Assembly (NCBI GenBank): GCA_037440365.1
Contig: JBBIUF010000019.1
Location: 1-32,000, forward strand
Direction of reading: 5' to 3'
DNA length: 32,000 nt
Source of the DNA: Chloroflexota bacterium
Lineage (GTDB): Bacteria > Chloroflexota > Anaerolineae > UBA4142
This document shows, piece by piece, positions 16,230-23,765 of the stretch. Made by a program: the position numbers and the translations under genes. The notes beneath the pieces are model-generated. The model had not been told where the DNA came from and did no database searches. It saw nothing but the letters and a program-made list of their open reading frames with translations. Within the stretch, counting starts at the first letter, position 1. Each line of letters starts with the position of its first letter.

Positions 16230-17522
16230 ATGGACGTACTCCGCAACTTGCCACCCGAACCACGCTCAGTCGAAGAAACCGGCGTCAATCTCTCATTTCT
16301 CGCCGACCTTACGCTCAAGACAATGTACACGCGCGGCTTTTTGAAAGGTCACGAAATCGCCGATGCGCTTAGACTGCCCTTTGCGAATGTCGTGGATAGT
16401 GTGCTAGATTATTTGCGCCGCGAACATCTCACCGAAGTCAAAGGGTCGAGCGGCTTTGGCGAATCGTCGTACCAATATGTTATTTCCGAGAGCGGACGCG
16501 CGCGCGCGCGCGAGTTGATGGATCAAAATCAGTACGTTGGACCTGCGCCGGTCAAACTCGACGCGTACAACAAACAAGCACTCGCGCAATCCATGACCGG
16601 ACAAATGCTCAAATTAGACGAACTCAAACGCGCGCTGGCGCACCTGGTTTTGAGCGACACGTTCATCAACCAACTGGGTCCCGCGATCAATTCCGGCAAA
16701 TCCATTTTTCTCTTTGGCAACGCGGGGAACGGCAAGACCGCCATCGCCGAAGCCATCGGCAATCTGCTCCCCGGCGCAATTTTCATTCCGTATGCGGTCA
16801 GCGTTGATGGACACATCATTCGCGTGTTTGATGCCCTCCATCACCAACCCATTCCCGAAAAAACAGAGGATGACGATACCGCGCCGGGTTTACGCCAAGG
16901 CGAGCGGTATGATCGCCGCTGGGTGCTGATTCATCGCCCGATGATCGCCGTCGGGGGTGAATTGGTGTTGGAGAATCTCGACCTGGTTTTTGACGCGACC
17001 ATGAAATACTATGAAGCCCCGTTCCAAATGAAAGCGAACGGCGGTGTATTTCTGGTAGATGACTTTGGCCGCCAACAAGTCCGTCCGCGCGAATTGTTGA
17101 ATCGCTGGATTGTGCCGCTCGAAAAGCGCGTGGATTATCTCACGCTCGCCACGGGTCACAAAATTGACGTGCCCTTTGACGCGCTGATCGTCTTTTCGAC
17201 CAATCTCAACCCAGATGAATTAGTGGACGAAGCATTCCTGCGCCGCATCCGCTATAAAATCCACGTTGCCGATCCAACCTGGGAAGAGTACCGCGAAATT
17301 TTTATGCGCGTCGCCGCAAAAAACGGCATCCCGTATTCGGACGACGGTTTGAAATATATAGTGATGGAGCATTACATCAAACCCAAACGCAAACCGCGCG
17401 CGGTCCATCCGCGCGACATGCTCGATGAACTCGCCGACATTGCGCGCTTTCGCGGCATCCCACCCACCCTCACGAAAGAACTGATCGATCTCGCGTGCCA
17501 AGCGTATTTTCTCAAAAACTAA
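16230..17522 (+). CDS. Uncharacterised AAA+ ATPase (MoxR/Mg-chelatase-like core) with an N-terminal winged-helix-like domain
   Basis: Walker A FLFGNAGNGKTAIAEAI, Walker B VFLVDDFGRQ, LLNRWIVPLEKRVDYLTLATGHKIDVPFDALIVFSTNLNP (sensor 1) and FLRRIRYKI. The N-terminal ~100 aa reads like a wHTH (HEIADALRLPFANVVDSVLDYLRREHL). GGAGAA lies upstream of the ATG, 30 nt after the clpX stop. Confidence 0.75.
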   Translation: MDVLRNLPPEPRSVEETGVNLSFLADLTLKTMYTRGFLKGHEIADALRLPFANVVDSVLDYLRREHLTEVKGSSGFGESSYQYVISESGRARARELMDQNQYVGPAPVKLDAYNKQALAQSMTGQMLKLDELKRALAHLVLSDTFINQLGPAINSGKSIFLFGNAGNGKTAIAEAIGNLLPGAIFIPYAVSVDGHIIRVFDALHHQPIPEKTEDDDTAPGLRQGERYDRRWVLIHRPMIAVGGELVLENLDLVFDATMKYYEAPFQMKANGGVFLVDDFGRQQVRPRELLNRWIVPLEKRVDYLTLATGHKIDVPFDALIVFSTNLNPDELVDEAFLRRIRYKIHVADPTWEEYREIFMRVAAKNGIPYSDDGLKYIVMEHYIKPKRKPRAVHPRDMLDELADIARFRGIPPTLTKELIDLACQAYFLKN

Positions 17523-17553
17523 ACCGGCCCAGACCCCACTCACCGAGGAGGCA

Positions 17554-18444
17554 ATGATGTTTGGATCCGATATTCTCGACGTAGCCATTGGTATGATCTT
17601 TGTATTCTTTACCGTCAGTCTGGTTTGCACGGCGATTGGCAATAAGGTTTCCGATTTTCTCAACTGGCGTTCCCAAAACCTTGAAAACGGCATTCGCACT
17701 TTGATTATGAGCGGCGACAGCAAAATGGTCGAGCAACTCTACGCGAGTTCCCTGGTCAAATCAATTGTGCCCGACGGCAAGAAACCCATTTGGATTCCGG
17801 ACAAGACGCTGATGCTCGCGGTGTTTGACACCTTTGTGCCAGGCGCAGCGGGGTTGACCAAGATTGACGAATTGCGCGATGCGATCAAGCAAATGAACGA
17901 CAGCTCGCCGCTCAAGGGCAAATTGCTCGCGCTTGTCACTGCCGCGGGTGATAACGTCGACGGTTTGTACAAGAATTTCGCGCAATGGTACGATTCAGTT
18001 GAAGCTCAAATGACGGCCGTGTATAAGCAAAAAATGTGGCTCTTTTCCATGGGCGTGGGCGTCGTCGTGAGCATCGTCTTGAATGTGGATACCATTGCGG
18101 TGGGTCAAAGTTTGTGGCGCGATTCGGCGGTGCGCGCGCAAGTAGTTTCCGCCGCTAATCAATATACCGTGCAGGCCGTCCAAAGCGTAAACGCCCAAGC
18201 CGCGCAAGAGAATACACAAAAAGCCATCCAGACCTTGAATCGGCTCAACCTGCCCATTGGCTGGAATGTCACCGTCAAACCCGCCATGTCTATCGCGCCA
18301 ACCGATTTCGTAGCCGCCACCGTTCCGATCGGCGGTCTCGCCTGGTTACTCAAACTTGCAGGATGGTTGGTTACCGGCGCGGCGGGCGCGCTGGGTGCAC
18401 CGTTCTGGTTCGACATTTTGAAAAAAGTGACCAATCGCGGATAA
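17554..18444 (+). CDS. Membrane protein of unknown function (N-terminal and C-terminal helices around a Gln/Ala/Val-rich middle)
   Basis: The N-terminal helix is ILDVAIGMIFVFFTVSLVCTAIG. The C-terminal helices are GLAWLLKLAGWLVTGAAGALGAPFWF. GAGGAGG lies upstream of the ATG, 31 nt after the AAA+ stop. A strong terminator follows. Confidence 0.6.
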   Translation: MMFGSDILDVAIGMIFVFFTVSLVCTAIGNKVSDFLNWRSQNLENGIRTLIMSGDSKMVEQLYASSLVKSIVPDGKKPIWIPDKTLMLAVFDTFVPGAAGLTKIDELRDAIKQMNDSSPLKGKLLALVTAAGDNVDGLYKNFAQWYDSVEAQMTAVYKQKMWLFSMGVGVVVSIVLNVDTIAVGQSLWRDSAVRAQVVSAANQYTVQAVQSVNAQAAQENTQKAIQTLNRLNLPIGWNVTVKPAMSIAPTDFVAATVPIGGLAWLLKLAGWLVTGAAGALGAPFWFDILKKVTNRG

Positions 18445-18449
18445 CCTCG

Positions 18450-18484
18450 AACGCCTTGCAGAAAAATCTGCAAGGCGTTTTTTG
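18450..18484 (+). terminator. Rho-independent terminator ending the clpP-clpX-AAA-membrane unit
   Basis: Perfect 12-bp stem aacgccttgcag / ctgcaaggcgtt, loop aaaaat, then TTTTTT. Confidence 0.85.
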
Positions 18485-18624
18485 ATACGGCGCATTGGTT
18501 CAGAGGATGTGCGTCAAACTTTTGGGCGTTGCCCGCCGCCGATTAGAAATATTCGGCGTCTCAATAAAGTGGAAACTCGATAAGTTTGTAACAACGGTTT
18601 CCAATTGATTTTCACCTCGCTGAG

Positions 18625-18644
18625 CCACCGAATACATTCGGTGG
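18625..18644. promoter_or_regulatory. Perfect 9-2-9 palindrome upstream of the aor promoter (candidate regulator site)
   Basis: ccaccgaat-ac-attcggtgg. Its centre lies about 55 bp upstream of the -35 hexamer. Confidence 0.4.
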
Positions 18645-18688
18645 CGTTCATCCAAAAACGTGACGCACACCTCGGTTCAAATTCAAGG

Positions 18689-18717
18689 TTGACAGCAAGT
18701 AGAGGTTACGTTAAAAT
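18689..18717 (+). promoter_or_regulatory. Near-consensus promoter for aor
   Basis: TTGACA (18689-18694), a 17-nt spacer and TAAAAT (18712-18717). This implies a leader of roughly 110 nt before ATG 18834. Confidence 0.6.
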
Positions 18718-18833
18718 ACCGTAAGAAATTCTCCGCGCGATATTTCATTTCGATGCAACTTGCCGGAGTTGCTTGGAATGACGAACGGTTCCAACGCAGT
18801 TGTTAGGCAAAAACAATTTCCTAGGAGGGAAAC

Positions 18834-20645
18834 ATGAACGGATTTGCCAATCGGGTTGCCCATGTCGATTTATCGACAGGGAAAGTTGCGTACGAGCCAA
18901 TCCCAGAAGAATGGGCGCGCAAGTATATTGGCGCGCGCGGGCTCGGCGTCAAGTACGTGTTTGAGAACGGACCCCAGGTTGATCCCCTTAGCCCCGAAAA
19001 CATCCTCTGCTTTATGAACGGTCCGCTGACTGGCTCGGAAGCCAACATGAGCGGGCGCATGGCAATTGTGACCAAGTCACCTTTGACTGGCACCGTCACC
19101 GATAGTCATCATGGCGGTTGGTCGGCGGCGCGCTTGCGCTGGGCTGGATTGGATGGTTTGATCTTCAAGGGCAAGTCGGCTAAACCGGTTTATGCCTATG
19201 TGCATGATAACACGGTCGAGTTGCTCGATGCATCTGAACTTTGGGGCAAGGGTGTCCACGCCACAGTCAAATTTTTCCAAGCCAAGTACGGCGAAAAAGA
19301 TTTGAGCGTGATCGCCATCGGCCCTGCCGGTGAAAACCTGGTGCGCTATGGCGCATGGGTCAACGAAAACGATCGCGCGAGCGGTCGCGGCGGCACGGGT
19401 TGCGTAGGCGGCAGTAAAATGCTCAAAGCCGTCGTCATCAAATCCGAACGCAGAATTCCACGCGCGGCGGATCGTGAAAAATGGGACGCGGCGCATAAAC
19501 GCGCGCTCGCAACCATCATGGACGAAAAGAACATTACCAGCCCACGCAAAGGCGGCTTGTCGGTCTATGGCACGAACGTATTGACGAACATCACAAGCAA
19601 CATGGGCGCATATCCAGTCCGCAACGGTCAGTCCACCTCGTTTGGCGATCGCGCCGAATTTCTGAGCGGCGAGTACGTCAAAGCGAACATCCTGGTCAAC
19701 GATCCCACGTGCCATGCTTGCCCGGTCGCGTGCAAAAAAGAAGTTGAGATTAAAGATGGTCCATTCAAAGGCCTGCGCATGGAAAGCATCGAGTACGAAC
19801 CCGCGTGGTGCCTCGGCGGCAACTGCGGCAACGATAACATTGCCGCGGTCGCCAAGATGATCGATCAAGCCAACGACTATGGCATGGACGCCATCGAAAT
19901 CGGCGATGTGCTGGCAACCTTCATGGAAGCCACCCAGCGCGGCTATGTCAAAGACGACGCCGGCTTGCAATGGGGCGATTACATGAGCATGGTTGCCACC
20001 GTGGATCAAGTCGCGTTCCGCAAGGGCATCGGCGATGTGCTGGCAAACGGCGTGGATGCAACGGCAGACCATTACGGTCATCACGAACTTGCGATGAGCG
20101 TCAAGGGTCAAGGCATCCCGGCATACGATCCGCGCGGCATCAAAGGCATGGGCATTGCGTATGCCACCAGCAACCGCGGCGCCTGTCACCTCCGCGCCTA
20201 CACGCCCGCCGTCGAGCTTTCGCTTATTTCGCTCACCGCCGATCCGCTCCTGTGGAAAGGCAAAGGCGAACTGACGAAACTATTGCAAGACCTGCACGCA
20301 TTCTCTGATAGTCTCGACCTGTGCAAATTTAGCGCGTTCGCCGAAGGCGGCGATGAGTACGCGCAACAGTATGCCGCAACGATGGGCGTCGAGTATACCG
20401 CGAACGATGTGCTGAAAGCCGGCGAGCGCATCTACAATCTCGAACGCTACTACAACAACCTGGCTGGTTTCCGCGAAGGCAGTGATTACCTGCCCAAGCG
20501 TTTCACGGACGAACCCTCAACCGAAAAAGGTTCCAAGGGTCACGTCTCGGAATTGCCGCAAATGCTGGACGAGTATTACACGGCACGCGGCTGGGTCAAT
20601 GGCGTGGTGCCGGAAGCCAAGTTGAAGGAACTGGAAATTTTGTAA
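18834..20645 (+). CDS. aor: Tungsten-type aldehyde:ferredoxin oxidoreductase (AOR family)
   Basis: The 603-aa length and the N-terminus NRVAHVDLSTGKVAYEPIPEEWARKYIGARGLG fit the family. The [4Fe-4S] ligands are CHACPVAC plus a later C in NRGACHLRA. The SD is AGGAGGGA. Confidence 0.9.
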   Translation: MNGFANRVAHVDLSTGKVAYEPIPEEWARKYIGARGLGVKYVFENGPQVDPLSPENILCFMNGPLTGSEANMSGRMAIVTKSPLTGTVTDSHHGGWSAARLRWAGLDGLIFKGKSAKPVYAYVHDNTVELLDASELWGKGVHATVKFFQAKYGEKDLSVIAIGPAGENLVRYGAWVNENDRASGRGGTGCVGGSKMLKAVVIKSERRIPRAADREKWDAAHKRALATIMDEKNITSPRKGGLSVYGTNVLTNITSNMGAYPVRNGQSTSFGDRAEFLSGEYVKANILVNDPTCHACPVACKKEVEIKDGPFKGLRMESIEYEPAWCLGGNCGNDNIAAVAKMIDQANDYGMDAIEIGDVLATFMEATQRGYVKDDAGLQWGDYMSMVATVDQVAFRKGIGDVLANGVDATADHYGHHELAMSVKGQGIPAYDPRGIKGMGIAYATSNRGACHLRAYTPAVELSLISLTADPLLWKGKGELTKLLQDLHAFSDSLDLCKFSAFAEGGDEYAQQYAATMGVEYTANDVLKAGERIYNLERYYNNLAGFREGSDYLPKRFTDEPSTEKGSKGHVSELPQMLDEYYTARGWVNGVVPEAKLKELEIL

Positions 20646-20681
20646 GCCGGGCAAGAGTGTGTCTGCATAATTGTACAAAAA

Positions 20682-20711
20682 TTCGGGGCGACTGAAAACA
20701 GTCGCCCCGAA
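20682..20711. terminator. Shared terminator hairpin between convergent aor and the small GG-terminal gene
   Basis: Perfect 13-bp stem ttcggggcgactg / cagtcgccccgaa with loop aaaa. A-run on the left (a U-tract for the minus-strand transcript) and a weaker ctatttc on the right. Confidence 0.75.
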
Positions 20712-20725
20712 CTATTTCAAATTGT

Positions 20726-20980
20726 TCATCCCCCGGCGCGAATTGTTTTCAATTCAAACGCCGCCAACATAATCGGAAGCGTTTTCTCATCGCCCTCAAA
20801 ATCTACGTGAATTGTGCCGATACGGAGCGAGCCCACCGGCAAAAATTCGCCGTCACGGATCGTCGCCGACCAATCCGCGCCGCGCACCACATAATCTTCG
20901 GTCACGCCGCCGCCGACTTCGATCAAATAATCACGCGCAAGCCACATGGGAATACCGCGATACATTCGCTCAATTCGCAC
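20726..20980 (-). CDS. Small protein of unknown function ending in Ala-Gly-Gly
   Basis: The conserved-looking core is MYRGIPMWLARDYLIEVGGGVTEDYVVRGADW...LAAFELKTIRAGG followed by a stop. Candidate starts are GTG 20980 (GGAGG 5 nt upstream; overlaps the moaD-like 3' end by 11 nt) and ATG 20965. The first 38 codons of the ORF-track model (from 21079) overlap the moaD-like gene and are rejected. Confidence 0.5.
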   Translation of the reverse strand: MRIERMYRGIPMWLARDYLIEVGGGVTEDYVVRGADWSATIRDGEFLPVGSLRIGTIHVDFEGDEKTLPIMLAAFELKTIRAGG

Positions 20981-21257
20981 AGCCACCTCCAACAGGCGGA
21001 AAAATATCCAGCGCGTCTTGTTCCGTGATCGGCGTGTCGAGTCCTTGCGGCAGGTATTCCGATTGTCGTCCGTTGACAAAGACGTGAATATAATCGGTTA
21101 ATTGCCCTGCCGCATCCCATACTTTTTCCGCCAACTTGGGACGAATATCCGTGACCGCTTTTAACGCCGTTCGCGCGGTCACCGGCGTCGCGGGATCAAC
21201 CACAACCGTTTTCCCGCCTGCCAATTCGCGCAATGTCGCATAAAAATTCACCCGCAT
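20970..21257 (-). CDS. MoaD/ThiS-family beta-grasp sulfur-carrier-like protein with a 3-4 residue extension after the Gly-Gly
   Basis: From ATG 21257 (AAGGGAG 5 nt upstream) the translation is MRVNFYATLRELAGGKTVVV...HVFVNGRQSEYLPQGLDTPITEQDALDIFPPVGGGCAN. This is the canonical MoaD layout, except that CAN follows the GG(G). The ORF-track start at 21347 adds 30 implausible residues. Confidence 0.8.
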   Translation of the reverse strand: MRVNFYATLRELAGGKTVVVDPATPVTARTALKAVTDIRPKLAEKVWDAAGQLTDYIHVFVNGRQSEYLPQGLDTPITEQDALDIFPPVGGGCAN

Positions 21258-21364
21258 AAAAGCTCCCTTGTGATAATAGTCATAGCCGAAACCGACCCAT
21301 CCGTTTATACTACGAACCAGGTAAATCGCAAAGGTTGCGACAATCAACGAATGACAGGTGCACT

Positions 21365-22282
21365 ATGATTATAACACAAGCCGATCCAAAGCTACAACCA
21401 CTCGTCGTGCCAATGCTTGAAGTGAGCGGACTGATGCCAACACCCGGCGATGAATGGACGCGCTTGCGCCGCTTTGTCGGTTTTGATCACGCTGACGAGA
21501 TGGCAATGGTGCAAACGATCGAGCCGCTGTTCGCGCGCGGACTAGATATCGTCACAGCGAATTACGATTACTTGCAACGGGTGCCAGAGACCGCGGCGAT
21601 CCTGGGTTGGGAAAATGGCGCAGACCCAACACATCTCGCCGAGCGCCGCCGCTTTTTAACCGTGTGGCTTGCGCGCACCTTCGGGCTCGACCTGGGTACA
21701 GACTTTGCCGAGTATTTATTTTATGCGGGCAAAGCACACGCCGCGCACGGACCGCGTCACATTCACACGCCAGAAACCTGGATCACGGGCGGCATTAGTT
21801 TGACGCAGACCACCTTCGCGCGCATCATTGCCGAAAACGTGCGTGATGCCGCGCTTGCCGCGAATGCGATTGCCGGATGGAACAAGTATCTAATGATCCA
21901 ACTCGATCTGATGCTGATGGGCTATCGCGCCGCGCGCGCGCTTGACGACGGAACCCTGCCGGTGCCGGTGGCATTCTTTGGACGCTTACGCGACAAAGCC
22001 AATACCTCCGCACTCGTCGCACACGCCAATCCCGATGCCACCGTTAGCGAGGTGTTGCGCAAATTGCTCAACTATTTTCCCGCCGTGCGCAATGAAGCGA
22101 TGGAAATTGTGTGGCGTGAAAACGCTGAACCCGATTCACTGTGGTCGCACGTGGAACCCGTCTATACGCCCAAACCCGCATGGCGTTTGCTTTTGAATGG
22201 CAAAGACTTGCGGTATCACGGTGGATTTGATGTACGCTTGAGCGCCAACGATCAACTCGATTTTTTTCCGCCCGGACGCTAA
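21365..22282 (+). CDS. Fusion protein: N-terminal protoglobin-like (globin-coupled-sensor type) domain + C-terminal MoaD/ThiS-like beta-grasp domain lacking the terminal Gly-Gly
   Basis: The N-domain is LRRFVGFDHADEMAMVQTIEPLFARGLDIVTANYDYL...RRRFLTVWLARTFG...FAEYLFYAGKAHAAHG...WNKYLMIQLDLM. It parallels the protoglobin helices, including a candidate proximal His in GKAHA. The C-domain is VPVAFFGRLRDKA...TVSEVLRKLLNYFP...RLLLNGKDL...LSANDQLDFFPPGR followed by a stop. Start taken at ATG 21365; the track's TTG 21335 is possible. Confidence 0.65.
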   Translation: MIITQADPKLQPLVVPMLEVSGLMPTPGDEWTRLRRFVGFDHADEMAMVQTIEPLFARGLDIVTANYDYLQRVPETAAILGWENGADPTHLAERRRFLTVWLARTFGLDLGTDFAEYLFYAGKAHAAHGPRHIHTPETWITGGISLTQTTFARIIAENVRDAALAANAIAGWNKYLMIQLDLMLMGYRAARALDDGTLPVPVAFFGRLRDKANTSALVAHANPDATVSEVLRKLLNYFPAVRNEAMEIVWRENAEPDSLWSHVEPVYTPKPAWRLLLNGKDLRYHGGFDVRLSANDQLDFFPPGR

Positions 22283-22304
22283 CTTGACACACGCCAATTT
22301 TATC

Positions 22305-22342
22305 ACGGCGCGTTTGCCTTGTCGCAAACGCGCCGTTTTTTC
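22305..22342 (+). terminator. Rho-independent terminator after the protoglobin-MoaD gene
   Basis: Perfect 13-bp stem acggcgcgtttgc / gcaaacgcgccgt, loop cttgtc, then TTTTTT. Confidence 0.85.
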
Positions 22343-22344
22343 GT

Positions 22345-22373
22345 TTTTCAATCGAATCGTTTTGATGTATAAT
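22345..22373 (+). promoter_or_regulatory. Candidate promoter for the B12-subunit/meaB unit
   Basis: TTTTCA (22345-22350), a 17-nt spacer and TATAAT (22368-22373). It lies 28 nt before ATG 22402. Confidence 0.4.
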
Positions 22374-22401
22374 GCGCTCGTTCTCACCGAGGAGGATCAC
22401 G

Positions 22402-22824
22402 ATGGCGGAACGACCGATTCGCGTGTTGATTGCAAAACCAGGTTTGGACGGCCACGATCGCGGCGCCAAGGTTGTCGCACGCGCATTGCGCGACGCGGGC
22501 ATGGAAGTCATTTATACCGGCATTCGGCAAACGCCGGAAATGATCGCCGAAGCCGCACTGCAAGAAGACGTGGATGTCGTCGGGCTGTCGATCTTGTCCG
22601 GCGCGCACCTTGATCTCTTCCCGCGCATTGTTGCGCAACTCAAACAAAAACAATTGGATGATGTTCTGCTCGTCTGCGGCGGCATCATCCCCGATGAAGA
22701 TATCCCGTCGCTCAAACAGATGGGCTTTGCAGGCGCATTCGGTCCCGGCACATCCACGCAAGACTTGGCGCAGTTCATTCAAACTGAAATTGGCAAACGC
22801 CGCGCCGGAGCAGTCGCCGCGTGA
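22402..22824 (+). CDS. Methylmalonyl-CoA mutase-type cobalamin-binding small subunit (split MCM, C-terminal domain)
   Basis: [35 protein letters not shown] carries the DxHxxG B12 motif. It is followed by [13 protein letters not shown] and [16 protein letters not shown] lies 5 nt upstream of ATG 22402 (the track starts at 22372). Confidence 0.85.
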   Translation: MAERPIRVLIAKPGLDGHDRGAKVVARALRDAGMEVIYTGIRQTPEMIAEAALQEDVDVVGLSILSGAHLDLFPRIVAQLKQKQLDDVLLVCGGIIPDEDIPSLKQMGFAGAFGPGTSTQDLAQFIQTEIGKRRAGAVAA

Positions 22825-23759
22825 AAGTAGAATTGATCGAAGCGATCCGCGCCGGCCATCCTCGCGCCGTTGCGCGCGCCATCAGCGCGGTTGAACGCGG
22901 CGGCGCGGAAGCACGCGAGGTCATCGCCGGTATTTTTCGCTATACCGGACGCGCACACATTATCGGGGTGACGGGTGCGCCCGGCACCGGCAAAAGCACG
23001 CTCGTCAACGAACTAGCCAAGCACTATCGCCGACGCGGAAATCGCGTCGGTATTGTTGCCATCGACCCAACCAGCCCATTCAGCGGCGGCGCAATTCTCG
23101 GCGACCGCGTGCGAATGCAAGATTTGTCCGGCGATGCGGGGGTCTTTATTCGTTCGATGGCGACGCGCGGCAACTTGGGCGGGCTCGCGTCGGCAACTGC
23201 CGATACCGTCCAAGTGTTGGATGCCGCCGGATTTGAAATTGTTCTCGTCGAAACGGTTGGCGCGGGACAAAACGAAGTAGACGTTGCAAAGAACGCACAC
23301 ACCACGCTCGTCGTCGAAGCGCCGGGCATGGGCGACGACATTCAAGCGATCAAAGCCGGGATTCTCGAAATTGCCGATGTGCTGGTGGTGAACAAAGCCG
23401 ATCATGCCCAAGTCAGCGCAACCGTCGCCGCGCTCGAAATGAATTTAAACTTAAAGCCGCGCGTGGAAAATGATTGGCGCCCGCCTGTGCTGAAAACTGT
23501 TGCGCTCAATGGCGAAGGCATTGCAGATGTAGCAGACTGGATTGACAAGCATCGCGCTTTTTTACACGCGCATGATTTGCTCGTGACGCGCAACCAAGCG
23601 CGCATGCGCGCTGAACTGGAGCGCGTCGTTCAGCGTGAATTGATGCGGCGGTTGAGATATGGCGTCAACGGCGTGAACGTTGAAACACTTGTTGCACAAA
23701 TTGCCGCGCGCGAATTAGATGTATATACCGCGGCGGAACAGCTAATTGGATCGGAATAA
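22821..23759 (+). CDS. meaB: Methylmalonyl-CoA mutase-associated G3E GTPase MeaB/ArgK
   Basis: P-loop [14 protein letters not shown], then [23 protein letters not shown] and VVNKADH. The GTG start overlaps the upstream stop (GTGA). Confidence 0.9.
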   Translation: MKVELIEAIRAGHPRAVARAISAVERGGAEAREVIAGIFRYTGRAHIIGVTGAPGTGKSTLVNELAKHYRRRGNRVGIVAIDPTSPFSGGAILGDRVRMQDLSGDAGVFIRSMATRGNLGGLASATADTVQVLDAAGFEIVLVETVGAGQNEVDVAKNAHTTLVVEAPGMGDDIQAIKAGILEIADVLVVNKADHAQVSATVAALEMNLNLKPRVENDWRPPVLKTVALNGEGIADVADWIDKHRAFLHAHDLLVTRNQARMRAELERVVQRELMRRLRYGVNGVNVETLVAQIAARELDVYTAAEQLIGSE

Positions 23760-23765
23760 TTCTCA

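Noticed and set aside
18753-18806. 17-codon upstream ORF (MQLAGVAWNDERFQRSC) in the aor leader
   Set aside because: It has no Shine-Dalgarno sequence and no compositional or regulatory hint (no Cys/Trp/His run). It is probably a chance ORF.
18718-18833. Possible Moco/Wco riboswitch or other cis-regulatory RNA in the ~110-nt aor leader
   Set aside because: The leader has small hairpins (gcaact..agttgc; ggaa..ttcc). I could not find the conserved Moco-motif core sequences. Only a covariance-model scan could settle it.
19077-20189. 370-aa ORF antisense to aor
   Set aside because: It lies entirely inside the unmistakable AOR coding frame. It is Ala/Arg/Asp/His-rich and low in complexity, with no SD. 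It is a typical shadow ORF in GC-rich DNA.
22283-22401. Cobalamin riboswitch ahead of the B12-binding subunit gene
   Set aside because: The spacer is filled by a terminator, a candidate promoter and the SD. The roughly 25-nt leader is far too short for a riboswitch.
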